From NCBI RefSeq assembly GCF_037042905.1, contig NC_087252.1:20524001-20588000 (forward strand): a DNA stretch of 64,000 nucleotides, in the 5' to 3' direction. The position numbers and the translations under genes were made by a program. Below are positions 50,575-64,000 of the stretch, piece by piece; position 1 is the first letter of the stretch, and every line of letters starts with the position of its first letter. The DNA is from Lytechinus pictus (taxonomy: Eukaryota). The notes under the pieces are model-generated. The model saw only the letters and a program-made list of their open reading frames with translations, was not told where the DNA came from and did no database searches.

Positions 50575-52330
50575 AACATAACAATATTACAAATTTTTCA
50601 TTTCATTTATTGGTTTCTGCAACACTTTTTCATAAACACATTAACAAAGAAAATACAATAATAATATACGTATAACTGGCAAGCAAACATTGAATAAATT
50701 TGCATTTTCTATTAATACATATCGATTTTTAGAAGGTTGCAGGGGTTGCCACTATAAGCTAAGCATGACTGCGTGGCAACCGAAGAAAACACTGATAATT
50801 ATTATTCATCCTACATATCTTAACGTAAGGGTGCAGGTGCATAATGGCGGGAGGACGCTTGTTCCTCATAATGTATGTTTTATTTTGAATTTGGTTTTTT
50901 TTTTCTGTTTTTGAAATTATGTGTTTCATAAGATATAGAGAAAGAACAATTTCCATTTAACTTTGTGAATATTTATTCAATAATAATGATTTAATACCTT
51001 TTTTGAAAGGAGAAATTAATCTTAACTGTTTGAGTGAATTTGGCAAAGTATTCCATATGTCAGCAGGGGCGGATCCAGCTTTTTATAAAGGGGGGTTGGG
51101 GTGGTATGCGAGGGAGCGTAGCGACCGAGTCCAAGCGAGCGGAGCGAGCGAGGGGGGAGGGTGTGGGAGGGGGTGTCCCCCCTCCCACAGTAGGGAAAAT
51201 TTTTGAAAATCTGTGTGTGAAAATGGCGTTTTCTTGCATCTAAAACACCACTCTTTTTGGTATAGAGGTCGTTGCCAAATTAACCCCCATGAAAAGTTTT
51301 TTAAAAAAGATAAGATTTAAAAAAATGGTCCCCGGATTTTTTTTTTGGGGGGGTTGCAACCCCCCCAACCCCCCCTCTAGATCCGCTTCTGGTCAGGCCC
51401 ATGATGTCTAAGTGTTGTAAGAGCTAATAGTGTTCTAGGATTGCCTAAGTGAATATTCTGACAAGTCCGTGTTGGATATGAATGTAAGTTGTTATTATAT
51501 GAAAAGAAATCGGTAAATACAAGAGGAAAGAGTTTGTAATGATATTTATACATAAGAATAGCTATTTGTAAAGTATTTATATCATATATTATACGTTTTA
51601 AGACGATAAAAAAGAGGATCAGAGTGTGAAAGATATGTTGATTTTGTGCAGATCCTTGCAGCTTTCTTTTGTTATAAAAGTAAATGTTCAAAGTTAGTTT
51701 GACTACAGTTTCCCCAAATAAGGTTACATTATTTAATATATGGTAGTACCAAAGCATTGTATATCATTAAAAGGGAATGTTCCGGCAAAAAATACTTTAG
51801 ATATTCTAATTCCTTTAGCCATTGATGAGGATATATTGCTTACATGTTGGTTCCATGATAAATGTTTGTCTATTGTAAAACCAAGAAATTTCACATATTC
51901 TTATTTGTCTATGGGCTCATTGTCAATTAGAATGTCTTGGGGAAAATCATCATTCCTATGAGTAGTTTGAAAATGAACAAAATGGGTTTTACTTATGTTT
52001 AAGGATAACTTGTTACATTTAAACCATGACGAAACATTTTTTTAATTCCAAATTCATTCTATTTATCAATTCATCTAAATTTCTGTGAGATAAAAAATGT
52101 TGGTGTCGTCAGCATATAAAATAAACGAAAGAATTTGGGAAGAATTTACTTTATCATTGGTATACATTAAAAACAGAAGTGGTCCCAAAATCGAACCTTG
52201 TGGCACTCCACAATTAATAAAGGACAGCGGAGATTTAATATCATTAATAGAGACGAATTGTTGTCGATTTGAAAGATAACTTTTAATCCATGACCAGGCA
52301 ACTCCACGTATTCCGTAATTACAAATGAAG
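50575..52330 (-). mobile_element. 5'-truncated, degenerate L2/Crack-like LINE (RT C-terminal half plus 3' UTR)
   Basis: CGVPQGSILGPLLFL...YADDTNIF at 52075-52330. Removing the MITE at 51064-51391 restores HHGPDIWNTLPNSLK...FKKGIK. Multiple stops and frameshifts. Confidence 0.9.
51064..51391. mobile_element. hAT-like MITE inserted in the LINE
   Basis: TIR CAGGGGCGGATC...GATCCGCTTCTG; duplicated target gtcag (5 bp). Confidence 0.8.
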
Positions 52331-52439
52331 TAAAGTTTTCGGTAAGCAATAAACAATAATGGTAATCATATACACCTATGATATATACAATGTTGTTAAA
52401 TAACAATCTAGAACAATCTCGATTAAACATCTGCAGGCT

Positions 52440-53425
52440 ATTTTTATTCATCTTTATTAATGAAATAAAAGTTTAGAAAAGCAGGGCTTGTTAAATGTGG
52501 ACCCCTCAATGAATTTGATAAAATATAGATTATTAGGTATAAGTATAACATACGAAAATGAATAAAGTTGATGTAACATTTGCAATATGGAATATGCAGT
52601 AAATGGAAGGAGAATGAAAAGTAACCTAGCAGATAGGGTGATGCATAGCTGTTGGTGAAAGAGGAAGAGAGGAAAGAGACCGAGAGAAGAAGAAGAAAAA
52701 TAAGGTGGAGAGTATAAGTAGGACAAAGTTGGGTACCGATCGCTCAGTTGATTTCGCTCTATATATTTCGAGAATTTGTTTTTTGTTCAGCTTGTTTTTA
52801 ATGTTATTCCTGAGAGAATTCCAGTATTTAGGACCGTAAAAATCTTTCTGCGCAAAAAGAGTGCGAGTGCGGGGAAGATGGAAACGGAGGAATCATTATC
52901 GAGTTGGGTATTATGGTGTTTTCTTTTTTGTAGACATACCATTCAATATGTTTGGTAGAACATTTACGTTCAATTTGTTCATGAATTGCCCTGTATGAAA
53001 AAGAAACGAATCCAGAAATTTTAGGATATTCGACTTGTAGAGCAAATCATCGGTATGGGAACTAATAAGAGCTTTATAATCCTTATAACCTTCTTTTGTA
53101 GAATAAGTATTTAGTCGGTGAGATTTGCGTATGCATTACCCCATGTCAGTATTCCATAATTGAAATATGGAAGTATTAGTGGAAAGTAAAGTATAAAAAA
53201 GTGTTGATTTCTGGAAAAAATGTTTAATTTTATTTATTATACCAATATTTCGCGACATATTTTTTTGATACATTAAAATGTTCAATATCATTTTATCGTC
53301 AATCATAAGCCCTAAGAATTCAATTGAAGTGACTCTGTTGAGAAGCGTAACGTTCAAAATGAAATCTCCAGGTAGATTTTGCAAAGTATTACTAAATAGC
53401 ACAAAATTTGTCTTAAGGATATTGA
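52440..53425 (-). mobile_element. Second L2/Crack-like LINE 3' fragment
   Basis: VTSIEFLGLMIDDK...SRNIGIINKIKHF...LYFTLIL-type remnant followed by a pyrimidine-rich 3' UTR. Confidence 0.75.
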
Positions 53426-53500
53426 CTTCAATATGGCGAGATATGCCGACATGTCAACTTGACTAGACACTTTTTATCACCAAGTCGACATAGACCTATA

Positions 53501-54875
53501 CAGTGCGTATCAAAAAAAACGGGACAGATTTGAAAAGTCTATCAAATTTTTGTTTCAAATAATGATGTCTATATTTAAGTGTTAATAGATGCTCTAAGGT
53601 CTTATCTTTGAAATGCAATTTAAAAAAATAAATTTTATTCATGCTTGAGCGAACACATGACGTTTTTGTGGGGGGTTCAAAAAGAGGCTTGCGCCAGAAT
53701 TGCAGAATATGTGTAATACAGTGATCAGACTTTTTGCTAATCAGGAGACTTCCTCTTGACCTTTTCATTATCTGTGCCACAATTTTCAAATTATGCTGTC
53801 AAATTTCATTTACAAAGTTATTTATTTAATTGAATTATTTTGTTTTTTCATTTAAACTTCTCTTACCTTTTAATTTTCCTTCATAAGTAACTGAGGAAAG
53901 AAGATTTTTTTTGTCAACCCAAGCAAGAAGATTTGAATTATTAATTGGGAAAACTTGTGATTATTCAAATCGTTTTATTATGTGAAACAAATTATGTTAT
54001 GTACCTTTTAAAGACATGAATCTATTTTTCAGTGGGTCATTAATTCCTTGACCAAGTTTAATTGCTTGACAGGAAACACAGGAAGGGATTCATGTCTTTC
54101 AATGACCATGATGTATTGAGTGAATTTTGAAGGAGCTAGATATGGCAGATCGAGTAAAATGTATTAAAAAGTTGTGAGCGAGCGAAGTGAGCACGCAAAT
54201 ATTCCCACTTTTTTTAATTACAATATCAAAGTTTGTGATAGATTTTGACATAATATTCAGAAAATAATATCATGTTTTACTTTCTATCTTTCCTTTTATT
54301 TCCTGTCCACTTTTTTCTTGGTCATGATTTTTTTAATTAAGGGGGGGGGAGAGCAACCCGAGCGCCCGCCCATCTGTGTGGCTTTGTTCAAAAGGAACCA
54401 TAACCTTTGTAGCACATAATGAAAGGATTTGAATTAAAAAATCCATGCTCTCCCATAATTCGGTTGTAAAGAAAAATTTTAGCTTGAAGAAGGAATATTC
54501 AAAGCTAACAGAGAGCATATTAAAAAGAAATAACAGAATAATTCAAGCAAATAAATAGATCTGAAAATGAATTTTGACCGCATGATTTGAAAATTATGGC
54601 AAAGATAATGAAAAGGTTAAGAGGAAGTCTGCTAATTAGAAAGAAGTCCGATCATCATATTACTCATATTCTGCAAATCTGGCGCAAGCCTCTTTTTGAA
54701 CCCCCAACAAAAACGTCCCGTGTTCGCTCAAGCATGAACGAAACTAATTTTTTTTAATAGCATTTGAAAGACAAGACCTTAGAGCACCTATTAACACCAA
54801 AATATAGACATAATAATTTGAAACTAAAATTTTATAGACTTTTCAAATCTGTCCCGTTTTTTTTGATACGCACTG
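53501..54875. mobile_element. Tc1/mariner-type non-autonomous element with ~350-bp TIRs
   Basis: TA|CAGTGCGTATCAAAAAAAACGGGACAGATTTG ... CAAATCTGTCCCGTTTTTTTTGATACGCACTG|TA. Confidence 0.92.
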
Positions 54876-56670
54876 TAGTCCAGGATAGGCCCCATAGACA
54901 AGGGGTCGAACCTTGTTTGTTTAGATATACAATGTTTTTTTATGGTTTCTTGTCAATTCGAGGGTGCTGATTCCGAATCTGAATGATGCCACTCTTGTAA
55001 CCTTGAGCATTTTCCGCAAATTGGCAAAATCCAATATGGCCGCCAAAATATGCAAATTACCCATGAAAATCATAAAATTGCCAACACGTTAGCTATAAAA
55101 TGCATGTAGTTGTTGTGCAGAAGTGAAATACCAATTGGAAAAGCGATATTTGACAAAATATTTATTTTATTGATATTCAAAATGGCCGCCATAACCCCTG
55201 TATACTTTATTATGTAGAATATGAATGGGGAAAATATTTTTTTCAAACAAGAGCACTATTATTGCATGTGATTGTGACCTGCGAGTGGACTACTGTCTGA
55301 AAACATGACTATTAACAAAACTATGTCATTTGTATACTATCTAATGTGATAAATGCTGTATTATGATATTCAAAATGGCTGTCATAGACCCCTTATACTG
55401 TGTACAATATATAAAAGGGGACAAATAATTTTCACAACCTTTGAATTTGTTTGACTTTAAAATGCCAATAACTGCGAAATATTGGTGTAACACTGTCAGA
55501 CAACAAGGATTTCTAACGAAACATATAATTTCCCTTGCAATTTCGGTAATTATGCTGCATGTTGACATTCAAAATGGCTGCCAGAGGCCCTATCTGTATT
55601 ATGAACAAAGCGAATGAAGAAACTAATTTTCACAAGAGTAAAAACAATAAAGTGAATGTAATTGTAATCTATACGAGTGAAATATTGTCTAAACACATGA
55701 TTTCTGGCGAAACATATCATTTCATTTTTCATGCATGAGATAAATGCTGTATTGTAAAATTCAAAATGGCCCTTATGGGCCCTTACAGTATTATCTACAA
55801 TGTAAATGGGGACAAATACTTTTGAAAGAATTAGGATTTGCCTGACTATGAAATCCATATAATTCTGTTGTATAAGGAAAATATTGTTTGAAAACGTGAT
55901 TTTTTTAATGAAATATAACATTTCCTCTCCAATATGTGATAAATACTGTATTTTGACTTTCAAAACGGCCGCACAAGCCCCTACAAATTCTGTAACATGC
56001 GTATAGGGAAACTAATCATCACCAGAATGAGAACCAAAAACGCACGTAACTATGTGATGTATAGGTAAAATTTGGTCTTGAACATGATTTCTGACTAAAT
56101 ACATCACATAATAATTGAGAAGGTAATAAAGGCCTTACTTTGAAATTCAAAATTGCTGCCATAGCCCAAAGTAGTATGTACATTGTAACTGGGGACAGAT
56201 TATTTTGACAAAATTTTTACTATGAAAATGGCTTAATTTTGATGTAAGTGTTAAGTATTGTCTAAACCCAATGATTTCTAACGAAATATATCATAGCTTG
56301 TGTCATAAAGGTGACGAATGCAGCCTTTTAAAAATGAAAAATGGCCGCCATAGTCCCTTAATATGTAAACTTTGAATGGGGAAAGATAATTTCCACAAAG
56401 AAACATATTGCAGCCATTTTGAAATTTAAATATAGCATTTATCACCTAAATAACATAAGAAATGATCTATTTGGTTACAAAATCATATTTTCAGATGATA
56501 TTTCACTCATACATGCAACACCATTTAGTCAAGCAAAGCCAAATTCTGTTAAAATTATATGTTCCCATTCACAAAGTACATAATAGGCCTACCGTTAGGG
56601 CCTGTAGCGGCCATTTTGACTTTCAAAATACATTATTTATCACCTACCTGGCAGAATGAATGATATATCT
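54876..56670. mobile_element. Probable non-autonomous DNA transposon made of diverged ~190-bp units centred on CAAAATGGC(C/T)GCC
   Basis: Motif at ~55033, 55178, 55371, 55570, 55762, 55961, 56148 and 56338, then inverted at ~56411 and ~56607; cut by the L1 tail. Confidence 0.6.
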
Positions 56671-56671
56671 T

Positions 56672-59600
56672 GTTTTTTTTTTAAGATGTTTTATTGTTTT
56701 TCTCTCAAATCAAATTTCATATACAATGCAGTTTACAAAGTAATCATTGTAAATAATAATTCGAACAAAATAATCTTTTAAACTCGTATACATTATGCAC
56801 ATCATGAAATAATATTCTAAGACACTGCATCGTACCACTACCAGATGAGTTTAACAAACAAATATCAGAGAAAAAACTGTTAAAAGTATATGCGTTGTAC
56901 CTGCCCCCTCCTTACCCACCCCCCCCCCCCGCCTTCCCTCCGCAAACCCCCACACTTCACACCCTCAAACACTCACACACATCATACGCCCTTGCATACG
57001 GTGCCCGCGTCCCGTTTGAAACAAGACAAACACCATAATGAACGAACATAATCTCGTGAGCTCTGTCGCCTCTATACTCTTGTAGGTGTTGTAAGGAAAT
57101 GTTCCCATTTCCTTATATGGGTTGATAATTTACCCCGCGTTACTGCTAAAATTTTCTCTTCACGTTCATTTTCTAATATCTTCTCTCTAATTTCGTTGGG
57201 ACTTGGTGGTCTTTTTTTAGTCCTGCTGTAAACAAAGATCATATATTTTATTAAAAGAATAATGTGATTAACTATCTGTTCCTTCCCTATATTAGCATGC
57301 TTAACACCAATGTGTATATCCACCCACCTGGCATTTTTTATTTCATACATATTGAATAAGTTACCACAATCTATCCATACGTCTCTCGTCTTTTCACATG
57401 AAAAAAACAGATGCTCGTAAGTTTCTTCAGTATTCCCACAAAATGAACATTCACTATCTGAGAAAATTTTGAATAAATGTAAATATTTCTTCGTGTATAT
57501 TAATTCATAAAGCATTTTAAATTGAAACTCTCTAAGCCTACTGCTTAGAGTACATTTTCTGGGTCTTGAAAATATAGCACAGATATCTTTTTCGGAGAAA
57601 TTATATGTCTTCTCTATATTATTAAACGCATACGATTTTTCCAATTTAATACTTAAAAGTGCCTTGTATATTTTCTTGGATGTCACGTTTGGTAAACTGT
57701 TAATCTTACCATTAAATATAAACTCTAGATTTAGACCAGTGTCTTCACAGTTGTCTTCTTTCTTTTAAAGGTGTTTCCATGTTGCTGGAATATTTTCAAA
57801 AACTTTATAAACTTTATCTATTTCATTTCCATCTAAACCCATTCTCAGAAAGTCTCTAGGAGATTTGATGTTACCTTCCTTGTCAACAATATGATGCAAT
57901 TTATATATGTTTTTAAGAAATAAGTTTTCATCAAATAGCATTTGCCCGTTTAGTCGAATAAGTTTATTGTTAAAAAATATTTCATTTCTTTTAGATGTTT
58001 CTTTTTTAAGAAGGACTTCTTTGGTAGCGGCCCAAATTTGCAACATATCCATATAACATTTTGGTAATGATATTTTACAAATATTCAGTGAAGTATTAGT
58101 GAATAATAACAAAAGTCCTCCTACATCACGGGTTCCAAATATAAAAAAACGTTTCCATCCTATTCTGAAATCTCCTGTCAAAAGCCTTTTCAGCCACATG
58201 ACTCTTTGTGCATATACAAATAAATGAAAATCAATCATTTTAAGTCCTCCCCTCTCGTACTCCATAGACATCACGTTTCTTTTGACCTTATCTTTACCAT
58301 TCCATAAGAAATCAAACATTAACTTTTCGATCTCCTCAAACACCCATATTGGTACTGGTAAAAGTGAAGACACATAATTTATTTTAGAAAGTGCAAATGT
58401 TTTCAAAAGTTGTATCTTGCCCATCAGGGTGAGATCTCTTTGCTTCCACCATATTAATAATTTTTTTATTTTACTTAAAATCTCTTTGTAATTAACATTT
58501 TCCTGAATTTCTACATCTAATGAAAAAGTTATTCCCAATATTCTAATAGCTTCAACTAATTTACCAAATGGAACTTCAATATTTTTTTTAGAAAGAGGAC
58601 CCAACGCTAATATAAATGTTTTGTCTTTATTCATTTTTAAGCCTGAAATCTTAGCAAAATCTCCAAATATTTTTCCGATTCTATCAATAGATTGGGAGTC
58701 CCTCACAAAAAGTGTCATATCATCCGCGTAGAGCGCTTGTTTGACTTCTACATTACCAAAGCTGATTCCGTGGATGGATTTATATTTACGAATGGTATTA
58801 GCAAGGACCTCGATACAAAGTATAAATAAATAAGGAGAGAGGGGATCCCCCTGTCTCACACCTCTTTCAACACTAAAGTATCCTGTCGATATACCCCCAT
58901 TGAATACGCAACTCAAGGCATTTTTGTATAATGTTTTGATCCAGCTGCAAAATGAGGACCCGAAGCCAAAATAACGTAAAACGTTTTGCAAAAAGATGTG
59001 CGAGACCGAATCAAACGCTTTTTCAAAATCTATTGCCATTAAGAAACCAGGTGCATTATTTTGCCGTGTATAGTAAATCATGTCGTCAATCAATCTAATT
59101 GCATCTCCTATGTTTCTATCCTTTATATAACCAACTTGGTCGATAAAAATTATTTCATGTAATACCTGTTTAATTCTATTTGATAATACTTTAGTTAAGA
59201 TTTTGTAATCGACATTTAATAATGAAATTGGTCTATAATTTTTTATTAACAGGGGATCTTTCCCTTCTTTGACAAACATATTAATAACAGCTTGCTTCTG
59301 AGATGATGAAAGTTCTCCTTTAGACTTAGCCTCATTCAAAGCATCAGCCAAAACATCTCCAACTAATTGCCAAAATACTAAATAGAATTCAACATTGAGC
59401 CCATCATTTCCAGGTGTTTTATTGAGTTGCATTTGTTTCAATGCTTCTAGACATTCACGTTGAGTAATTGTCCCTTCACAAATTTCTTTTGAAGCTGGCT
59501 CTAATTTGGGTAAATCTTTAAAAAAAGTATCATCAAAGCCATCAGTAATAATTTCTACTGATTTAGAATATAATCCACTATAGAATCTATGTATCTCTTT

Positions 59601-61140
59601 AGTAATTTCTTTTTTATCAAAAGTGACTTTTCCTTCTATCTGTAATTTGCGTATTACTGTTTTCCGTTTATTAGATTGCATCAGCTGTGTGAAATATCTA
59701 GTATCCCTCTCCCCACATTCATAAGATGAGGCCCTGGATCTAATTTTAACACCCTCATTAACATAATCATAAATTGCTTTTAACTGGTTCCTTTTGCTCT
59801 CTAACAATTCTATCTTACCCTCATCGACCTTTTCTAATAACTCCTTTTCCAAAGATAAAATTTCTTTTTCCAAAATATCAATTTTTTGTTTCCTTAGCTT
59901 TGCCTTATCTCTAGAATACTTCCTAGTAAAGTTGCTGATTTTCATTTTCAAAAAATCCCATCGGACCCTTTTATCTTCAACTTCCCGCTCTATCTCTTCT
60001 TTTAATCTTAAAATCTCTTCTGCCATTCTTTTTTTATATTCTTCATCATTGCAAAGGCTGCTATTAAATTTCCAGTAAGAACCTTTGAATTTTACATTTG
60101 ATGGCATGTTATAACAATGCATTTGGATTGCCGAATGGTCTGGTGCCACAGAAGGTATTATTTGACATTTACACACAACTTCGTCTATATTTTCAGACAC
60201 AAACCAATAATCCAACCTGCTTTGCATGAACGGGCTATTTTGCCTGTAAGTAAATTGTTTTTTATTTGCATTCCTTTCCCTCCATATATCTATCAATTTA
60301 TGTTGGTCTAAGAATTGATCAAATATTAGATTACAGCGGGTGTTTATATTTTGTTTACTACTTCCCATATAGTCCAAGTTTATATTCCTAATAATATTGA
60401 AATCACCTCCTATTATAACTGGATTGTTGTTTGCGTTTATTTCATCCAACTTTTCGTTGAAGTGTTTCAAAAAATCTATTTGTTCCAATTCCTTTCCTCT
60501 AACCGGAAAATACACATTCGCTATGATTAAATTAAACCCTTGCATAATGCAATTTAAAATAATAAATCTGCCACCTTCATCCTTAACTGTTTTTGTAACA
60601 TTGACATCTAATTTTGAATCTAATAATATCATAACCCCTTTACTATGACTTGTGCCGTGATTAAAAACTATGTTTCCATTCCAATATTGTTTCCATTTTT
60701 CCTCAATATCTCCTGTACTAAATGTCTCTCGTAAGAATATAATATCCGCATGTTTATCTTTACACCATTCAAAAATTTTCCGCCTTTTTGCTTCTTCCCT
60801 TATTCCTTTTACATTTAATGAAATAAAATTGCAATATATTGGTACGTCACTATTCATACAGAATTATGAGGGAGTAGTAATAAGTCTCTTCTTTTTCGCC
60901 TTTTCCAGTGACATATGAATGCTAACGACAGAGCTAAGGAGAGCAATTCAGTTTTGTTGCTGATTTTTATCTCAAACGGGTCGCGATACATCCACCCATA
61001 CACACAGCCACACATCATGCACACTACCCCTAACCAAGCCCTCCCCCAAACCTTCCACCCCCAAACACCCCTAGCGACATACATCCCGTTTTAAGCACGC
61101 TCTACTGCACACATACACTTGGTAGTGCGAAAGCTTGAGC
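56672..61140 (-). mobile_element. L1/Tx1 retrotransposon (3' UTR and poly-A at ~56672-56700; 5' limit uncertain)
   Basis: T-run and ttttattg (AATAAA on the minus strand) at 56673-56697; G-rich 3' UTR; ORF2 as above. Confidence 0.85.
57072..60857 (-). pseudogene. L1/Tx1-clade LINE ORF2 (APE endonuclease, reverse transcriptase, C-terminal zinc knuckle) with one in-frame stop
   Basis: SLNVKG, GGDFN, SRLDYW, PDHS (APE); KTPGNDG, NYRPISLLN, IDFEKAFD, GVRQGDPLSP, YADD (RT); CSFC...EHLFFSC. The two tracked ORFs are in frame, separated only by TAA at 57765-57767 and 26 open codons. Confidence 0.95.
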
Positions 61141-64000
61141 TCCTCCCCTTCTTCGTATATAACTTAACATTCAATCTATGTAATTTCAAAATGACTTCTG
61201 ATAAAAATAAAAAAATAACCTGTTCTAGTTGGATAATCCAGCATATGTAATTAAATCCAAAGCAAAATTTAAAAAGTGGCTTTTGTAGCCTAAATTACTT
61301 TAATATTGGTTCTTTGGAGAAACAAAAAAGTTTTCAAATTGTATAAAGTAAAATCTACCATTCTCCTTTTTCAGCGCTTATATCTGACCTTATAACCGGC
61401 ATAGTAAATATATCAACTCCACAAAGCCATAAAAGCCAGCCTATACAAAAAAAAGAAATACATAGCACAGGCAATGGATGTAAAACATAACAGTCTGAGC
61501 TGAAGGTATTTAGAAATAGATGCATTAATGCACAATCTATTCATGCAGATAAACGCACAGTGTTCTATTTTCATAAGATGACTTTAAAGTGCGACCATTT
61601 ACCCTCATTATCAAAGAGCAAATGCATTACAGGAAATCCTGGCTTGATCAGGATAACATTCCCAATATACTGGGTTAATGGCTCTGCTGTATTAATTGGA
61701 ACCTCCTGATGTATAACATGGATATATTCAATAGGTTATTCACCTTGGATATTGAGAGATTGCATTTAAAGTGATGGATAAGATAGTGAATAGAAACAAG
61801 TCACCTCTCAATAACTCAAAGGTTATTATGTAACACTATAGTCTTGTTTGACACACCTACGAAAGAATAAAAAACAACTTTTCAATTAACACATTCCGCG
61901 AACGAGCACCACTCAATATCTTTCTAACCAAGCACACTAGTGACAATAGTTCTTATTATTAAAAATCACCTGTATCGTAAACGATTGTGCCGGAAAAAAT
62001 AACAACCGTAATCATGACCCGAAAATAGCATTGAAAAAGAATTTCCGTGCAAATGAGGTGATAAAGAATGCAATGTACCAAACTAGCCTCGTCATTTATG
62101 GTATGATCTACTGTAAACTACCTTTCATGTGTTCTTCTCGACAATAATATCAGAATTAATATTATGGAGATATTCAGACTACATGTATGATTCAACAATA
62201 AAAAATATCTTGACCATGTGGCCTGCATTACATCACCTTTTCAAATAAGTCTTTTCAGATTTTCTATTACAATGGATACATACACACCAGACCTTTTTTT
62301 TCAAAAAAAAAGAAAAAAAAAAAGAAAGACTTTTTAGATGATTGATTACAATGAATACATTCACATCAGACTTCTTGTTTCACATATCTCCAACATTTGT
62401 AAAGAAAAGCTTTTCAGATCTATCAATTTAACATACTTGATGAGTACACTAATCTCCTTATGTTTCTTTATAGAAAAGCTCAATAACGACCACTTGTCAT
62501 CATGATTGTTATTTTAATTAATGAATGTACCAAAAGACTCATTCAGTGATAGTAGCTAATCATGACTGACTAAATTAGAATACAAATGCAAATAATGTAA
62601 TGAAAAAAAAAGCAATGTGTTTAGTGGGTTTATCAAGCAAGGTGTACATTTCATTCTTTTTGACAATGACCTCATTATACATGCAGATATTCAAGGTTCA
62701 TCAATAAAATTGTTTTGATCGTTTTAAAATATGTGGCTTGTCTTTTAATTACCCCTTTAAAGAATGCATTTTAAATGACTTCATTTCAAAAAGATGGACT
62801 GAAGTAATGGATAAATATCCGATTTGCCTGACACACCCACTAAGTTAATGCATGCAATTTTTTCAATTGTGCTCATGTCTTAATACACCCGATCGAGTAC
62901 AAATATCTCCATTACATTTTTACAAAGCGCACTTTAAAAGTGTACCATTAAAGAATGTGCCAAAAGACATGCATGGTTTTGTAGACTCCCATTCATTAGT
63001 GATAATTACAGCCATGATGGCGAACCAGGAATGTAAATGCCATTGTGAGTCAATGTTCTATACATCAATTTCATGATTTTTTTTTCTAACTATGAATACA
63101 TAAGATAATGCATATGTCAGTTTAGCACTCGTTCATGGGGTGATCGTAAAACACTAAGTGGAAAAAAAAAAACTAAATAAATCTGGCTCTACCCCCCCCC
63201 CCCCCTCTGCCTTTCTCGTCTTTTTACATACACGTCTTGATATTGGCAAAAGCGGAACATGGGGCACAATAATTTGGTATCGTGACTTTCTTGACAATTA
63301 TGTAAACAGAATATTCAGTACCGCAGTATGAGATTTATCAATGTAATCGTTCAAAATGTTCCACATAAAATGTGGTCTGTTTTAAAACGCCTCTCCTCGT
63401 ACTTTTTTTTCTTCAGGCAAAGTAATGAATAAATACAAACTTCTAGTGTCACGATATTCAATTCATGCACCTTTCAGTTCCGCATATACACCAAACTCAG
63501 AGGTATAAAATGAACATTTATGTCCAGTATTGTCAACTTATATATTCTCAGAAAATAATAACAGGCATTAGGCCCAAAATCGACCTGAATATGCAAATTA
63601 TAATATTTGATCTCCTTTCTCTCCACCATCCTTACCCCCTCTCGTGCATTATAGTGCAAATGATATTTCCTTCAGACTATTTGTTTTCCTTTTTAAATTG
63701 TTATTAAAATTATCATGAGTTGCGACTTCAGATATATTTAGTACCAAATCAGTATACCAATAATCGTTCAATATATTATGTGGATTTTTTTTTTTAGATA
63801 GCCTCTGTCGCACCATAAAGTCTTCTTTTTTCAAAAAAAAAAAAAAAAAAAACCAAGGCGAAATTCTGATTAGGCGCTAACTTCCAATTTGAAGTTATTT
63901 CATAACTGTGATGTTGTTTATGCACCTCTCAAATTTGCATTTACTGTCCAAACAGCGTTATAAATAAATATTACTGCATTCTGGTCACATTCAATTTTAT

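Noticed and set aside
59794..60918. Plus-strand ORFs inside the L1
   Set aside because: Antisense shadows of ORF2 codon usage.

Overview
AT-rich, repeat-dense eukaryotic DNA. The SINE/MITE repertoire looks like a marine invertebrate, probably a sea urchin (inference). No ordinary conserved host gene is recognisable. Main contents: (1) 1-7.0 kb, a minus-strand Academ (AcademX-type) DNA transposon gene (Cys-rich region, DDE-like transposase, frameshifted XPG/PIN-like domain) preceded by phase-compatible exons encoding an SGNH hydrolase and (PPPPTDH)n repeats; (2) 7.4-43 kb, a patchwork of old direct and inverted segmental duplications with many nested MITEs, foldback elements and tRNA-derived SINEs, and a 5.6-kb higher-order satellite; (3) a small family of intronless acidic micro-ORFs sharing an (E/D)-P/A-M-(D/E)-(V/I/F) motif, two of them behind a conserved upstream block with NF-kB-like and C/EBP-like sites that occurs five times; (4) a non-autonomous Transib element with RSS-like ends and a perfect 5-bp TSD, nested in a hAT element; (5) L2/Crack-like LINE fragments and a nearly intact L1/Tx1 ORF2. 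All family assignments come from reading motifs by eye, not from database searches.
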